Positions 9,901-17,805 of a stretch of DNA of 64,000 nt are shown here, in pieces. The DNA lies in assembly GCA_963668675.2 (NCBI GenBank), contig CAXXMB010000002.1, positions 768,001-832,000 on the forward strand, in the 5' to 3' direction. This stretch comes from an uncultured Desulfatitalea sp. Lineage in GTDB: Bacteria; Desulfobacterota; Desulfobacteria; Desulfobacterales; Desulfosarcinaceae. Numbering within the stretch: the first letter of the stretch is position 1; each line of letters opens with the position of its first letter. The translations under genes and the position numbers were made by a program. The notes under the pieces are model-generated. The model did not search any database. It worked only from the letters and a program-made list of their open reading frames with translations, and was not told the DNA's origin.

Positions 9901-9998
9901 CGGAAAAGAGAGCCGATCGTCAGGATGCCCCTTTGTCACTCGAACTCAGAGTCCTCTGGGCCAACCTGAGAGCGCTTATCATCAACAGTGTATTGTAA
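6921..9998 (+). CDS. Exported or membrane-anchored GH57/GH38-like glycoside hydrolase with C-terminal fibronectin-III-like domain
   Basis: N-terminal hydrophobic helix; FHVNLYH, MSYNNG, RPQE and NYDADSELW resemble GH57 conserved regions; C-terminal APQGL..FNWD..YRI..YYAYIQAV FN3 pattern. Confidence 0.7.
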   Translation: MPFKRMRTYHTIAISLVLIGIGLPILLAMAGTTQHSPPSAHEVHIAFGFHVNLYHSFRNDTNDEDGFGKDIRIIRHIIRTLDHYNAIGIPVKGVWDFDNLFSLQEILPQYAPDIISDIRRRVQSNGDEVILMSYNNGLISAMTEQEVDDAVRWAISNPWQSGVQDLFGTYTPIVRPQEMMTTPGNFSIYRKHGIQAVALYYSATPFDTFRVFSRQLTRAEAHNPIRYRHPQTKEEMVIIPTYHIGDLVEHVSLKNWVGELRRLQSSAELDGDALIFINYDADSELWSGIEMPWPLKWLPNTEGLAGLIEEVAGLPRVRFTTPGDYLKDHPPVGTIYFSQDTADGSYNGYNSWAEKADASQYWTEIERSRRVHSTALKMMPLIEDPNTREEIEHLIAIADMKRFRALSTTNFGMATPFLARQRQQVMAGLMDDLNRFSDRMAQLVSSHVSRSLMQQSPSGAGDLLTNWVKSRLGNRGLVWHDTLYVVQSNPEAAQTGNRFLSIPLPDSLEKDTQIALVTPNGEVLPTIHMGVNPGLTGSHRHTFYIDTQEGITDGIYHLCSYRRAGVPKRLADMEMRADAAQLSNQRVTVRFSPDGVIEGIYLDNTRQADRGSLIPYLKYAQKTLPAEAALQQRTVSRDGLSASVTLAGTLPAPASNAHKAGWMDYRLTLVSDLPYLLVEGRVDYPTTERSDLLKNGAPGLMRRADMQWQEVAPAEIRFTPRSTRDNPIRILKRNYLDIESEYRLDYFRHDRQNLELDNINNHITSSYVGLVSGGHGMAVAQNSRIQSNFAFAPLKMHYHTQADNFSVSINPFGTYHGRQYQPQTWGNRQGYEATLLAGEQFASAGPTYNGKTRKFALLFAFFKGQQIPERIKQDLIGYAHMPTVISSFDHTHYSPPPRPLHAPQGLVATYSKGKIRFNWDPDDQPDTHYRIHCGTRPSHYEQIYPAIGSTVTVEQFSSGEPFVEGKTYYAYIQAVEGNGIQSPPSSEIRFTPGSEKRADRQDAPLSLELRVLWANLRALIINSVL

Positions 9999-10005
9999 CC
10001 ACCAT

Positions 10006-10154
10006 TTATTAACCCGGCAATAATTACCTTAGCAATCGTCATTCCGGCGCAGGCCGGGCACGAAGTGAAGCGTCAGCGCTATCCAGACCGTTCCCGGATC
10101 CCGGATCAAGTCCGGGATGACAAGGGTTGGCCTATTTAATTGCCGGTTTAATAA
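10006..10154 (-). repeat. Family A element copy 3 (insert at 10058-10080)
   Basis: Near-identical to 26672-26797 apart from the GCACGAAGTGAAGCGTCAGCGCT insert. Confidence 0.9.
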
Positions 10155-10193
10155 TTCACAATGGCAACATCGCGACCTGCTCACCTCACAAAA

Positions 10194-10394
10194 GAGGTGA
10201 ATCAATTGGATGGCAAGGGTATCCCCATGCATTCAGCGGAAAATGCTACTGCTGCTTAGAGGCAGCGGAGGAAAAGCGGTCCGCACTGTCTGAGCGCAGC
10301 GAGTTTGCGGACCGCCCGGAGCGCCTCTTAGCAGCAGTTGCATTTTTCAGCGACGCATGGGGATACCCTTGCCATCCAATTGATTCACCGGCGC
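10194..10394 (+). repeat. Long covarying hairpin element, family C copy 2
   Basis: Perfect 31-bp outer stem AATCAATTGGATGGCAAGGGTATCCCCATGC and its complement; loop CTGTCTGAGCGCAGCGAGTT. Confidence 0.9.
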
Positions 10395-10419
10395 CCCCAC
10401 CCAAACCCTTCATGCATCC

Positions 10420-10683
10420 CTACTTCTCCATCTTGAGATACCCCTTGCAATCCGGATATGAAGCGCATCGAAAACGAATCTGAGGCCCCTTTCGCATGTA
10501 GATATGCATCTTCCCATTGCACAGCGGGCACAGCGGCCTGTCCTCTGCGATGGAGGGCTTTTTATTGAGAACGAATTGCCGGTTGCATATCAGGCAGAGG
10601 TAACGCTTCTTTCCCCCCTTGATATGGCCGTAGCCGTAAATGGCATCTGAAGAGCAGTGCGGACAGAGCACATTCTGGATCAT
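10420..10683 (-). CDS. Small double zinc-ribbon protein (InsA-like ribbon + topoisomerase C4-type ribbon)
   Basis: CPHC..GKKRYLCLICNRQF, then CPLCNGKM..FRCASYPDCKG; GGAAAGAGG ribosome-binding site. Confidence 0.8.
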   Translation of the reverse strand: MIQNVLCPHCSSDAIYGYGHIKGGKKRYLCLICNRQFVLNKKPSIAEDRPLCPLCNGKMHIYMRKGPQIRFRCASYPDCKGYLKMEK

Positions 10684-10701
10684 GCGCTACCTCTTTCCCA
10701 T

Positions 10702-11445
10702 TCACAAATCGAAACGATCATCCAGGAACGACGCTACCCCCGAAGGCTCGCATCGGTCACCAGCGCCCGCATAGGCGATGATGATCTTATACGAACCGAC
10801 CGCATCGCCCGCCCCCTCAAACCGCAGCAAAAGCCCATCACCGGGTCGATACCAGTAATCGCTTTTCCAGAACGGCCCCTTCCAGCCGGTCAGCCGCAAC
10901 TCCACCCTCGCCGCCGCCACCGGCTCTCCCCTCACCGTAATCGTCTCCAGCCCCATCTTGGTGGCTTGCAGCTTGTAGGGCTTCAGGGTGTTGGATCGCA
11001 GCGTCCAGAACCGAATCGACTCCCGATCCGATACCACAAACCCTCTCAAAGAGAACGACGACGCCTGAAACCATGGATCGGCATCCACATCCACCTGCTT
11101 GTCGACCGCCTTGCCCCTGAACTCCCCCCGGATCGAAATGGTGCTGTCGTGTCGCTCCGCGCGGATCGATGTCTCGTTCGCAGGATCTTCGATAGACCAG
11201 GAGAGTGTATCGTAGGCATCATCCGTACGGGTGGTATGGACCCCCTCCGACCCCCGGCAGGTCAGGCGAAAGCCCTCTCCGCGATTGAGGCACCACAGGA
11301 CATTGTGGGATATTCCGCCCCTGCTCTCAACGTAGTATCGAACCTCCCGGTCAGCTTGCTCGGCGTATGCAACCAGGTACCAGGAGATCAAACTGATTAG
11401 GCTTGCGATGGCAGCCCAACCCATGGAGAGACACCGTTTTTTCAT
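10702..11445 (-). CDS. Exported beta-rich hypothetical protein
   Basis: Signal-peptide-like start MKKRCLSMGWAAIASLISLISWYLVAYA; the ATG overlaps an upstream TGA (ATGA at 11442-11445). Confidence 0.75.
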   Translation of the reverse strand: MKKRCLSMGWAAIASLISLISWYLVAYAEQADREVRYYVESRGGISHNVLWCLNRGEGFRLTCRGSEGVHTTRTDDAYDTLSWSIEDPANETSIRAERHDSTISIRGEFRGKAVDKQVDVDADPWFQASSFSLRGFVVSDRESIRFWTLRSNTLKPYKLQATKMGLETITVRGEPVAAARVELRLTGWKGPFWKSDYWYRPGDGLLLRFEGAGDAVGSYKIIIAYAGAGDRCEPSGVASFLDDRFDL

Positions 11446-11781
11446 TGCCACTGTTTCCAACCCCGGGGTTGATCGTACGACCCCTCTTCATTGGCTTCAA
11501 CCGGCTCTTCGGAAAATATCTTGATCGACGCCTGCACACTCCGGATCATTACCGGTATAGGGAACAAATAGTTGCATCCTCGAATTCTGGGCGATGGTGT
11601 CGTCGATCTCCTAAGGCAGCGGGTTGGCCGCGTCAATGGAGATGGCGTCGACGCGCCAGATGAACCAGAGAGCCTCGCATAGGACCGTCTCGAACAGCCT
11701 CACCGGCGCATACCAGATCAAAACCGCACTGTATCGCTCAAATCCGAATAGTTCTCTGACAATCGCGATATTTTGCACCAT
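11442..11781 (-). pseudogene. Probable degraded gene upstream of the exported protein
   Basis: ATG 11781 frame stops at TAG 11611; a second frame ends in TGA coupled to the next ATG. Product not recognised. Confidence 0.3.
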
Positions 11782-11783
11782 TG

Positions 11784-11896
11784 TGTTAGCGTCATACGAT
11801 AATTTTGTTAGGCTTTTGTTTGCTATGGCAAAATTCCATAAAAATTACAGAAAATCATCGCTATTCGCCATGTATCGATTGTTCACAAATTGTTGA
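11784..11896. promoter_or_regulatory. 11-bp-phased boxes
   Basis: TGTTAG 11784, TGTTAG 11806, TGTTTG 11817; second pair TGTTCA 11880 and TGTTGA 11891. Confidence 0.5.
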
Positions 11897-12225
11897 TAAC
11901 AGAACTAGGGCACCGTAATTTCACTCATTTCAGCCTATCGAAATTTCCATCATGTTTCATAGGCTTAGGCAGGCATGGGGAAAAATCCTCATAAAAACCT
12001 ACAAGTTGCTCCCCTTCGCACCACAAGGGAATGAATCCCTAAAAAGCGCATGCATCGGCTTTGACATTCGGTGCTTTTCCGAAGAAAAAGAAGAGGCGAG
12101 AATAGAATCAATGTACTAAACCAAAACGCCATTCCAGTTCAATAATGCAACTTTGGGGATTGCACCAGATAAAGCCCCTTCTCATATCTTTCTATAGACG
12201 CTTTAACGCATGCGTGAGGACCACC

Positions 12226-12417
12226 ATGGAGCAAAGCCCTCTATACTACCAACCAAGCAAAAAAATGGCCGATATAGGCATTTCTCGCAATTGTCACTGC
12301 CCCCACTACGATCAATGTCTCAATAAGGCAGCCTACGAAGATCTGTTTCTCGATTGCAGGGAGTGCCATCTGAGGGATATCAGCGTCGAGGTCTTCTCCC
12401 TCGATCCCTACAAATGA
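12226..12417 (+). CDS. Small Cys-rich hypothetical protein (63 aa)
   Basis: GAGGA ribosome-binding site; RNCHCPHYDQCL..CREC pattern. Confidence 0.6.
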   Translation: MEQSPLYYQPSKKMADIGISRNCHCPHYDQCLNKAAYEDLFLDCRECHLRDISVEVFSLDPYK

Positions 12418-12520
12418 TCCCAATCGGACAGACTCCCGAGCCTCTATATTGAACGCCGGCCGCTTCGGCCAGGCTCGGGAAAGACAAGAAAACGCCTCCC
12501 CAGGCAATTGAATATCACAC

Positions 12521-12597
12521 CCGACGAGAAAGGCGGCAAGTTTGACCAATGCCGCAGTTCCGCCGATGAACAGGTAAAGTATAAACTGGATCGGCAA
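12521..12597 (-). pseudogene. GtrA-like membrane protein remnant
   Basis: LPIQFILYLFIGGTAALVKLAAFLVG resembles the first helix of GtrA-family proteins; the rest of the frame does not look GtrA-like. Confidence 0.4.
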
Positions 12598-13107
12598 CGA
12601 TAGATAGAAAGCGTAAACCGATCATCACATCGACCCTGCCCTGGTTTCAAAACACCTGAAAACCTGACAGATGCCTCTTCATTTGTCGCCGGAAAGCTTA
12701 AAATTAGAAGTTCGTCCACAATTCATATTCAATTTTTTTAATGCTTTATAGCTTTTCCCGCTGAATAGTTACAAGAATATTGCCGCTTATGTGAGGAAAC
12801 GGATTGAAATCTGTTCACCACTCCTCCACTCGCGCAGTTTTACAGGGACTTTCCACCCCTGCCTGCTATTGCACTCCTGTGCCCGATGCCGGCAGGTCCT
12901 CCAACACAAATAAGTGGATCGCTGCCAACCATAAGACTCCATCGTTGACACGGGCATGGCCTTCCGATATTTCAATACTCTTTGCTGTTCATCCGCCGGT
13001 CGCCCCCAAAGGCCTCTTCGTGCCAATGCTCTAAAGTCAGGGAAATGGGAAGGCTCTCGGCGCTAACCAACGGAAGGATTGCCGGGGCACGCAACCCGGG
13101 CAACACA

Positions 13108-13788
13108 ATGATGATGAATCAACTCATCCAATCTGCAATGGAAAAGGGCCAAAAAGCGCTCTCCGAATATGACGCCAAGCAATTGCTGGCAGCATATGGC
13201 GTTCCCGTCACGCGTGAGCGATTGGTCCAGGAGAGGGGCCAGGCTGTGGAAGCGGCCGACGACATCGGATATCCGCTGGTGGTCAAGGCATGTTCCCCCG
13301 AATTGATGCACAAAAGCGAATCGGGGGCGGTAGCTGTGGGTATCGAAAATGCCCCAGCGCTGCTGGAGGCTTGCGACCGCGTCGTTGGCGCTATTGACAC
13401 CCCTCTGCAAGGCATCCTGATCCAGGAGATGGTCGCTGGCCAGCGCGAGTTGGTGGTGGGCCTGAACCGGGACCCGCAGTTCGGCCCCTGCGTGATGTTG
13501 GGGTTGGGCGGTGTCCTGACCGAGGCAATCAAGGACGTCGTTTTCCGCGTGGCGCCCTTCGACCATGGCGACGCGTTGGACATGATGGCCGAGCTGCGGT
13601 CCAGGGCGATCCTGGACACCTTTCGCGGACAGGCGGCCGTCGATCGCGACGCCCTGAGCCAAACCCTTCGGGCAGTGGGCCAGATGGCGCTTGATCACGA
13701 TGCCATCGCCGAGATCGATATCAATCCCATCATCATCGACGCCCAGGGACGTATCAAAGCCGTGGACGCGCTGGTGGTCCTTGGTTGA
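13108..13788 (+). CDS. ADP-forming acyl/acetate-CoA synthetase beta (ATP-grasp) subunit
   Basis: LSEYDAKQLLAAYGVPV, GYPLVVK, HKSESG, RDPQFGP, EIDINP. Confidence 0.9.
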   Translation: MMMNQLIQSAMEKGQKALSEYDAKQLLAAYGVPVTRERLVQERGQAVEAADDIGYPLVVKACSPELMHKSESGAVAVGIENAPALLEACDRVVGAIDTPLQGILIQEMVAGQRELVVGLNRDPQFGPCVMLGLGGVLTEAIKDVVFRVAPFDHGDALDMMAELRSRAILDTFRGQAAVDRDALSQTLRAVGQMALDHDAIAEIDINPIIIDAQGRIKAVDALVVLG

Positions 13789-13849
13789 TTGCGGTGGCCC
13801 GGGCCGGCCGCTTTCGACACCTCAATCCTTTCATCGCAGGGGACAAACC

Positions 13850-15319
13850 ATGAACCAGGTAACAGATCCGTATCGCGACATCCCACTCTATCCAATGATC
13901 AACCCGCGCAGCATTGCCTTTTTCGGCGCCTCCAACCGTTTTACCGCCATGGGCACCAATCAGCTCAACTCGATCCTGTCGCTCGACTTCAAGGGCAAGC
14001 TCTATCCCGTGCACCCCAAAGAGAAGAGCGTTCTGGGCCTGACCGCCTATGCCCACGTGGCCGACCTGCCCGAAGTGCCCGACCTGGCCGTTCTGGTGCT
14101 GCCGACCCGTATCGTGACCGAAACCCTGGAGGCGTGCGGCCAGAAGGGCATCAAGCACGCCATAGTGGTCTCCGGCGGATTCAACGAAGTGGGCGGCGAA
14201 GGGCCGGCCATGGAGCGTGAACTGGTCGCCGTGGCCCAACGCTACGGCATCCGCTTTCTGGGGCCCAACTGCCTGGGCGTGGTCAATCCGCACCACCTCT
14301 TCAACGTGACCTTCGCCAACTTCGAGGGCCGTCCGGGATTCATCGGCATGGCCTCCCAAAGCGGCAGCCTGTTGACCCAGATGTTCAGCTATCTTGAACA
14401 GTTTCACATCGGATTCTCTACCGGCATCAGTGTGGGAAACGAGGCCTCTGTGGACATTGTCGACTGCATGGAGTACCTGGCCGCCTGCCCCCACACCCGG
14501 GTCATCGGTCTCTATATCGAGAGCATCCGCCGGGGAAGGGCCTTCATCGACGCCGCCCGGCGAATCGCCCCCCACAAGCCGATCGTGGCTTACTATGCCG
14601 GCGGTTCGGAAGCCGGTCGCCGGGCAGCCTTTTCCCATACGGGCGCCATGGCGGGCCCCGACCAGCTGTATGACGGCGTCTTTCGCCAAAGCGGCGTGGT
14701 GCGGGCAGCGTCGCTCACCGAGCTGTTCGACTTCTGCTGGGTGCTGGGCGCCTGTACCGTCCCCCAACGTAACCGGGTGGTGGTGCTGACCCACTCCGGG
14801 GGCCCCGGCGCGGCTGCCGCCGATGCCTGCAGCCGCAATGGGATCGAGCTGCCGACCCTGTCGGACCAAACCCTCGAACGGCTCACCCCGTTGGTTCCAA
14901 AAACGGGAAGCACCAACAACCCCATCGACCTCACTTTCTCCCAGGACCCGTTTGCCTACTTCAAAAATCTACCCGAAGTGATCCTCCAGGGACCCGAAAG
15001 TGATGGCTTGCTGTTCTACTGTTTTACGCCCCAACAGGATATGGAGCGCATCATGGAGAGCCAGGGCGTTCCGAAAAAGGAGATCAAGGCCCTCACCTGG
15101 GAGACGGCCCGCCAGATTTCCAGCCAGATGAAAGCCCTCTCCGAAGCCCACGCCAAAGCGCTGATCGGCTTCACCTATCAAAACCCCGACATGCCGATTA
15201 TCGAAAGCCTGTTGGCCAAAGGCATCCCGATCATCCCCTCTCCCGAGCGGGGGGCCAGGGCCATGGCCGCCCTGGTGCAATACGGCCAGCTGGTTCGCAG
15301 GCTCACCGCGAATTCCTAA
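13850..15319 (+). CDS. ADP-forming acyl/acetate-CoA synthetase alpha (CoA-binding) subunit
   Basis: PRSIAFFGAS, GPNCLG, SQSG, SHTGAMAG phospho-His motif, NNPIDLT. Confidence 0.92.
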   Translation: MNQVTDPYRDIPLYPMINPRSIAFFGASNRFTAMGTNQLNSILSLDFKGKLYPVHPKEKSVLGLTAYAHVADLPEVPDLAVLVLPTRIVTETLEACGQKGIKHAIVVSGGFNEVGGEGPAMERELVAVAQRYGIRFLGPNCLGVVNPHHLFNVTFANFEGRPGFIGMASQSGSLLTQMFSYLEQFHIGFSTGISVGNEASVDIVDCMEYLAACPHTRVIGLYIESIRRGRAFIDAARRIAPHKPIVAYYAGGSEAGRRAAFSHTGAMAGPDQLYDGVFRQSGVVRAASLTELFDFCWVLGACTVPQRNRVVVLTHSGGPGAAAADACSRNGIELPTLSDQTLERLTPLVPKTGSTNNPIDLTFSQDPFAYFKNLPEVILQGPESDGLLFYCFTPQQDMERIMESQGVPKKEIKALTWETARQISSQMKALSEAHAKALIGFTYQNPDMPIIESLLAKGIPIIPSPERGARAMAALVQYGQLVRRLTANS

Positions 15320-15429
15320 ACCGGCTCAACTGGTAGTTTATACTGCAATTTCAATCCCATTCACTCGAACCGATGCTACGGGCGGGCATAAAGCCCGCCT
15401 TGCACCGCCTCATCTCGACGCCCCCTATG

Positions 15430-15581
15430 ATTAAACCGGCAAATTATTAAACCGGGAAAAATTCGTCATCCCGGATTTGATCCGGGATCCAGTCAGCACC
15501 TGGATAGCCTCAAGGCTTCACTTTGTGCCCGGCTTTCACGGGTATGACGTCTGTTGATATATTCAGTTGCCGGGCAATAAT
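15430..15581 (+). repeat. Family A element copy 4 (duplicated left end, with insert)
   Basis: ATTAAACCGG occurs twice at the left end, then CGTCATCCCGGATTTGATCCGGGATCCAG. Confidence 0.8.
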
Positions 15582-15665
15582 TAAATCTAATTTATTTTTT
15601 ATGGCGGCCGATAACCATAGAAGTGAAGCTTGGTTTTCAATCCTATACAATTTGAGGGAATCGTC

Positions 15666-17786
15666 ATGCGTATCCAACTCAATATGAAATTGGGCTCCAA
15701 AATCACACTAAACACGCTTGCGATGCTGATCGTGGTCAGCATCATCTCGACCATCGTCGTTTCAGTCATCATTCAGCGCCAGAATCGAACCTTGGTTCAC
15801 GAGGCGATGAGCAACTCTGCCGATACGCTCAAACACACCGTTATTGAAAAGCAAAGCGCGATGTCGTCTGCCCTCAGACAGATGGTGGCTGTCAATCAGA
15901 TGGGAGAGACCCTCGTGTTCCTGGACGAATACAAAGACGCCTCCTATGCATCCGGAATGACACAAGATTCCTATAACGAATTGATCGAGGCGCTCTATCG
16001 AACCGCCTCTACCGGCCGAATGTGGAAAGCCGCCATCTACAACACCGCAGGCCAGCTCCTCTCTTTTGTGGCACGGGAGAACACGGAGGGCTACCGTGTC
16101 GGGTTTCTCGAAAACGGCAACCTGCACCATCTTTCCGTCCCCAACGGCGAGAGCATCGACACCACCGGACTGAAGGTGCTCGCGGACAAGGAGGACGGTT
16201 TGATCGCAGCCACCTACGAGGGGCAAGTGAACGATCAGGAGGGGAGCAGTTTTCAACCCATCGAGAATCATCTCTGCATCAAAGTAGAGCAGCCGATTAT
16301 TGCCGAGACGTTTAACGCTGAAACCAAAAAGGTCGAACCTAAGCTGGTCGGCTTGGCCGTGGCCTATTTCAGACTGGATATGGATTTTGCCACATGGATT
16401 AAAAAGCTGACCGGCTTGAGAGTCGCCTTCTTTGCAAATGAAAAGTTCAGTGCCGGTGACGTGACCGGATATCCCTCGATCGATACCGGTGCCTTTGTGG
16501 CGCAAACATCTCAAACGTGGCAATTCGACCAGGGCAAGGGTGTTTTCAACACGGTCGAACTGGCCGAGGAGGGCTATTTTGAGAGTGCCCTGCCGGTATA
16601 TAATGCAAACGGGTTTTGCGGCGCACTGACGCTGCTCCTTCCGGACGTAACCGTCAAAGCAAACAATCGTCAGATGATCATCATCCTTTGTATCGTTGCC
16701 CTCATTTGCATGGCCCTGGTGGCGCCACTGACCTGGCTTATGTCCCGCAGCATTGTCCGGCCGGTAACCGACATGATGGTCAGGATTAAAGACATTGCCG
16801 AAGGCGAAGGGGATCTGACCCAACGGCTGACGATCCATTCGAAAGATGAGCTTGGCCAGCTGGGCAAGTGGTTCAATCTGTTTCTAGAGCGTTTGCAGGC
16901 TATTATCTCCCAGGTCAAAGAGAACTCAGCCGAACTCAATGGCTCGTCCACCCAGATGTCGACAATTTCCGAAGCGTTGGCCAGCGGTGCCGAGCAGGCT
17001 GCCAGCGAAGCCATGACCGCTTCCGGCTCGTCAGAACAAATGAACGAGAACATGACCTCCATCGCCGCCGCCATGGAGCAGGCATCGGTCAACGTCAACA
17101 TGGTGGCCACCGCCGCCGGTGAAATGACCAACACGATCAACGAGATTACCCAAAATGCGGCCAAGGCACGCGTCATCACCGGCGAGGCCGTCACCCAGGC
17201 CGACAAGGCCTCGACCCAGGTCGGAGAGCTGGGCGGCTCGGCCCGCGAAATAGGACAGGTGATCGAAACAATTACGGATATATCCGAGCAAGTCAATCTG
17301 CTGGCCCTCAACGCCACCATTGAAGCAGCGCGGGCCGGAGAGGCAGGCAAAGGATTTGCCGTTGTGGCCAACGAAATCAAGGAGCTGGCCAAACAGACGG
17401 CTGACGCGACCCAGGAGATCAAGCACCGGGTCGATGCGATTCAAAACTCAACCAACGGGACCGTCGACGAAATTTCGAAAATCACCAGTGTCGTTAAAGA
17501 TATCAACGAAAACGTGCTGGTCATCGCCTCGGCAGTGGAGGAGCAGTCGGCCACCACCCAGAATATCTCGGAAAACGTCACCCAGGCCGCTCAAGGAATC
17601 ACCGATGTCAACACCCATGTGGCCCGCAGTTCCGAGGTCTCCGGTGATATCGCCAAGCAGATCGGCCTGGTGACCACATCGGCCAACGATATCTCCCAGA
17701 GCAGCTCCCAGGTGAACATCAACTCCAAAGAGCTCTCCGATCTGGCGGAACGGCTCGACAAATTGGTCGGGCAGTTCAAGGTGTGA
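15666..17786 (+). CDS. Methyl-accepting chemotaxis protein
   Basis: Two transmembrane segments, HAMP ([13 protein letters not shown]), signalling hairpin [34 protein letters not shown]. Confidence 0.96.
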   Translation: MRIQLNMKLGSKITLNTLAMLIVVSIISTIVVSVIIQRQNRTLVHEAMSNSADTLKHTVIEKQSAMSSALRQMVAVNQMGETLVFLDEYKDASYASGMTQDSYNELIEALYRTASTGRMWKAAIYNTAGQLLSFVARENTEGYRVGFLENGNLHHLSVPNGESIDTTGLKVLADKEDGLIAATYEGQVNDQEGSSFQPIENHLCIKVEQPIIAETFNAETKKVEPKLVGLAVAYFRLDMDFATWIKKLTGLRVAFFANEKFSAGDVTGYPSIDTGAFVAQTSQTWQFDQGKGVFNTVELAEEGYFESALPVYNANGFCGALTLLLPDVTVKANNRQMIIILCIVALICMALVAPLTWLMSRSIVRPVTDMMVRIKDIAEGEGDLTQRLTIHSKDELGQLGKWFNLFLERLQAIISQVKENSAELNGSSTQMSTISEALASGAEQAASEAMTASGSSEQMNENMTSIAAAMEQASVNVNMVATAAGEMTNTINEITQNAAKARVITGEAVTQADKASTQVGELGGSAREIGQVIETITDISEQVNLLALNATIEAARAGEAGKGFAVVANEIKELAKQTADATQEIKHRVDAIQNSTNGTVDEISKITSVVKDINENVLVIASAVEEQSATTQNISENVTQAAQGITDVNTHVARSSEVSGDIAKQIGLVTTSANDISQSSSQVNINSKELSDLAERLDKLVGQFKV

Positions 17787-17805
17787 TGAGCGTTTTGTAA
17801 AAATA

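Noticed and set aside
10127..10483. Short ORFs over repeats (also 1288-1614, 1478-1711, 10029-10232, 21897-22247, 25704-26006, 26568-26753, 40354-40572)
   Set aside because: They are translations of the repeat elements (VIPAKAG, IRDP peptides).
10420..10683. IS1 insertion sequence
   Set aside because: No InsB/DDE ORF, terminal inverted repeats or target duplication nearby.
11611..11613. TAG readthrough (pyrrolysine)
   Set aside because: No methyltransferase context or pyl genes in the window; simple decay is more likely.
15381..15399. GGCGGGC-ATAAA-GCCCGCC hairpin as a GTAG-type REP
   Set aside because: Single degenerate copy in the window; cannot be distinguished from a terminator-like stem.
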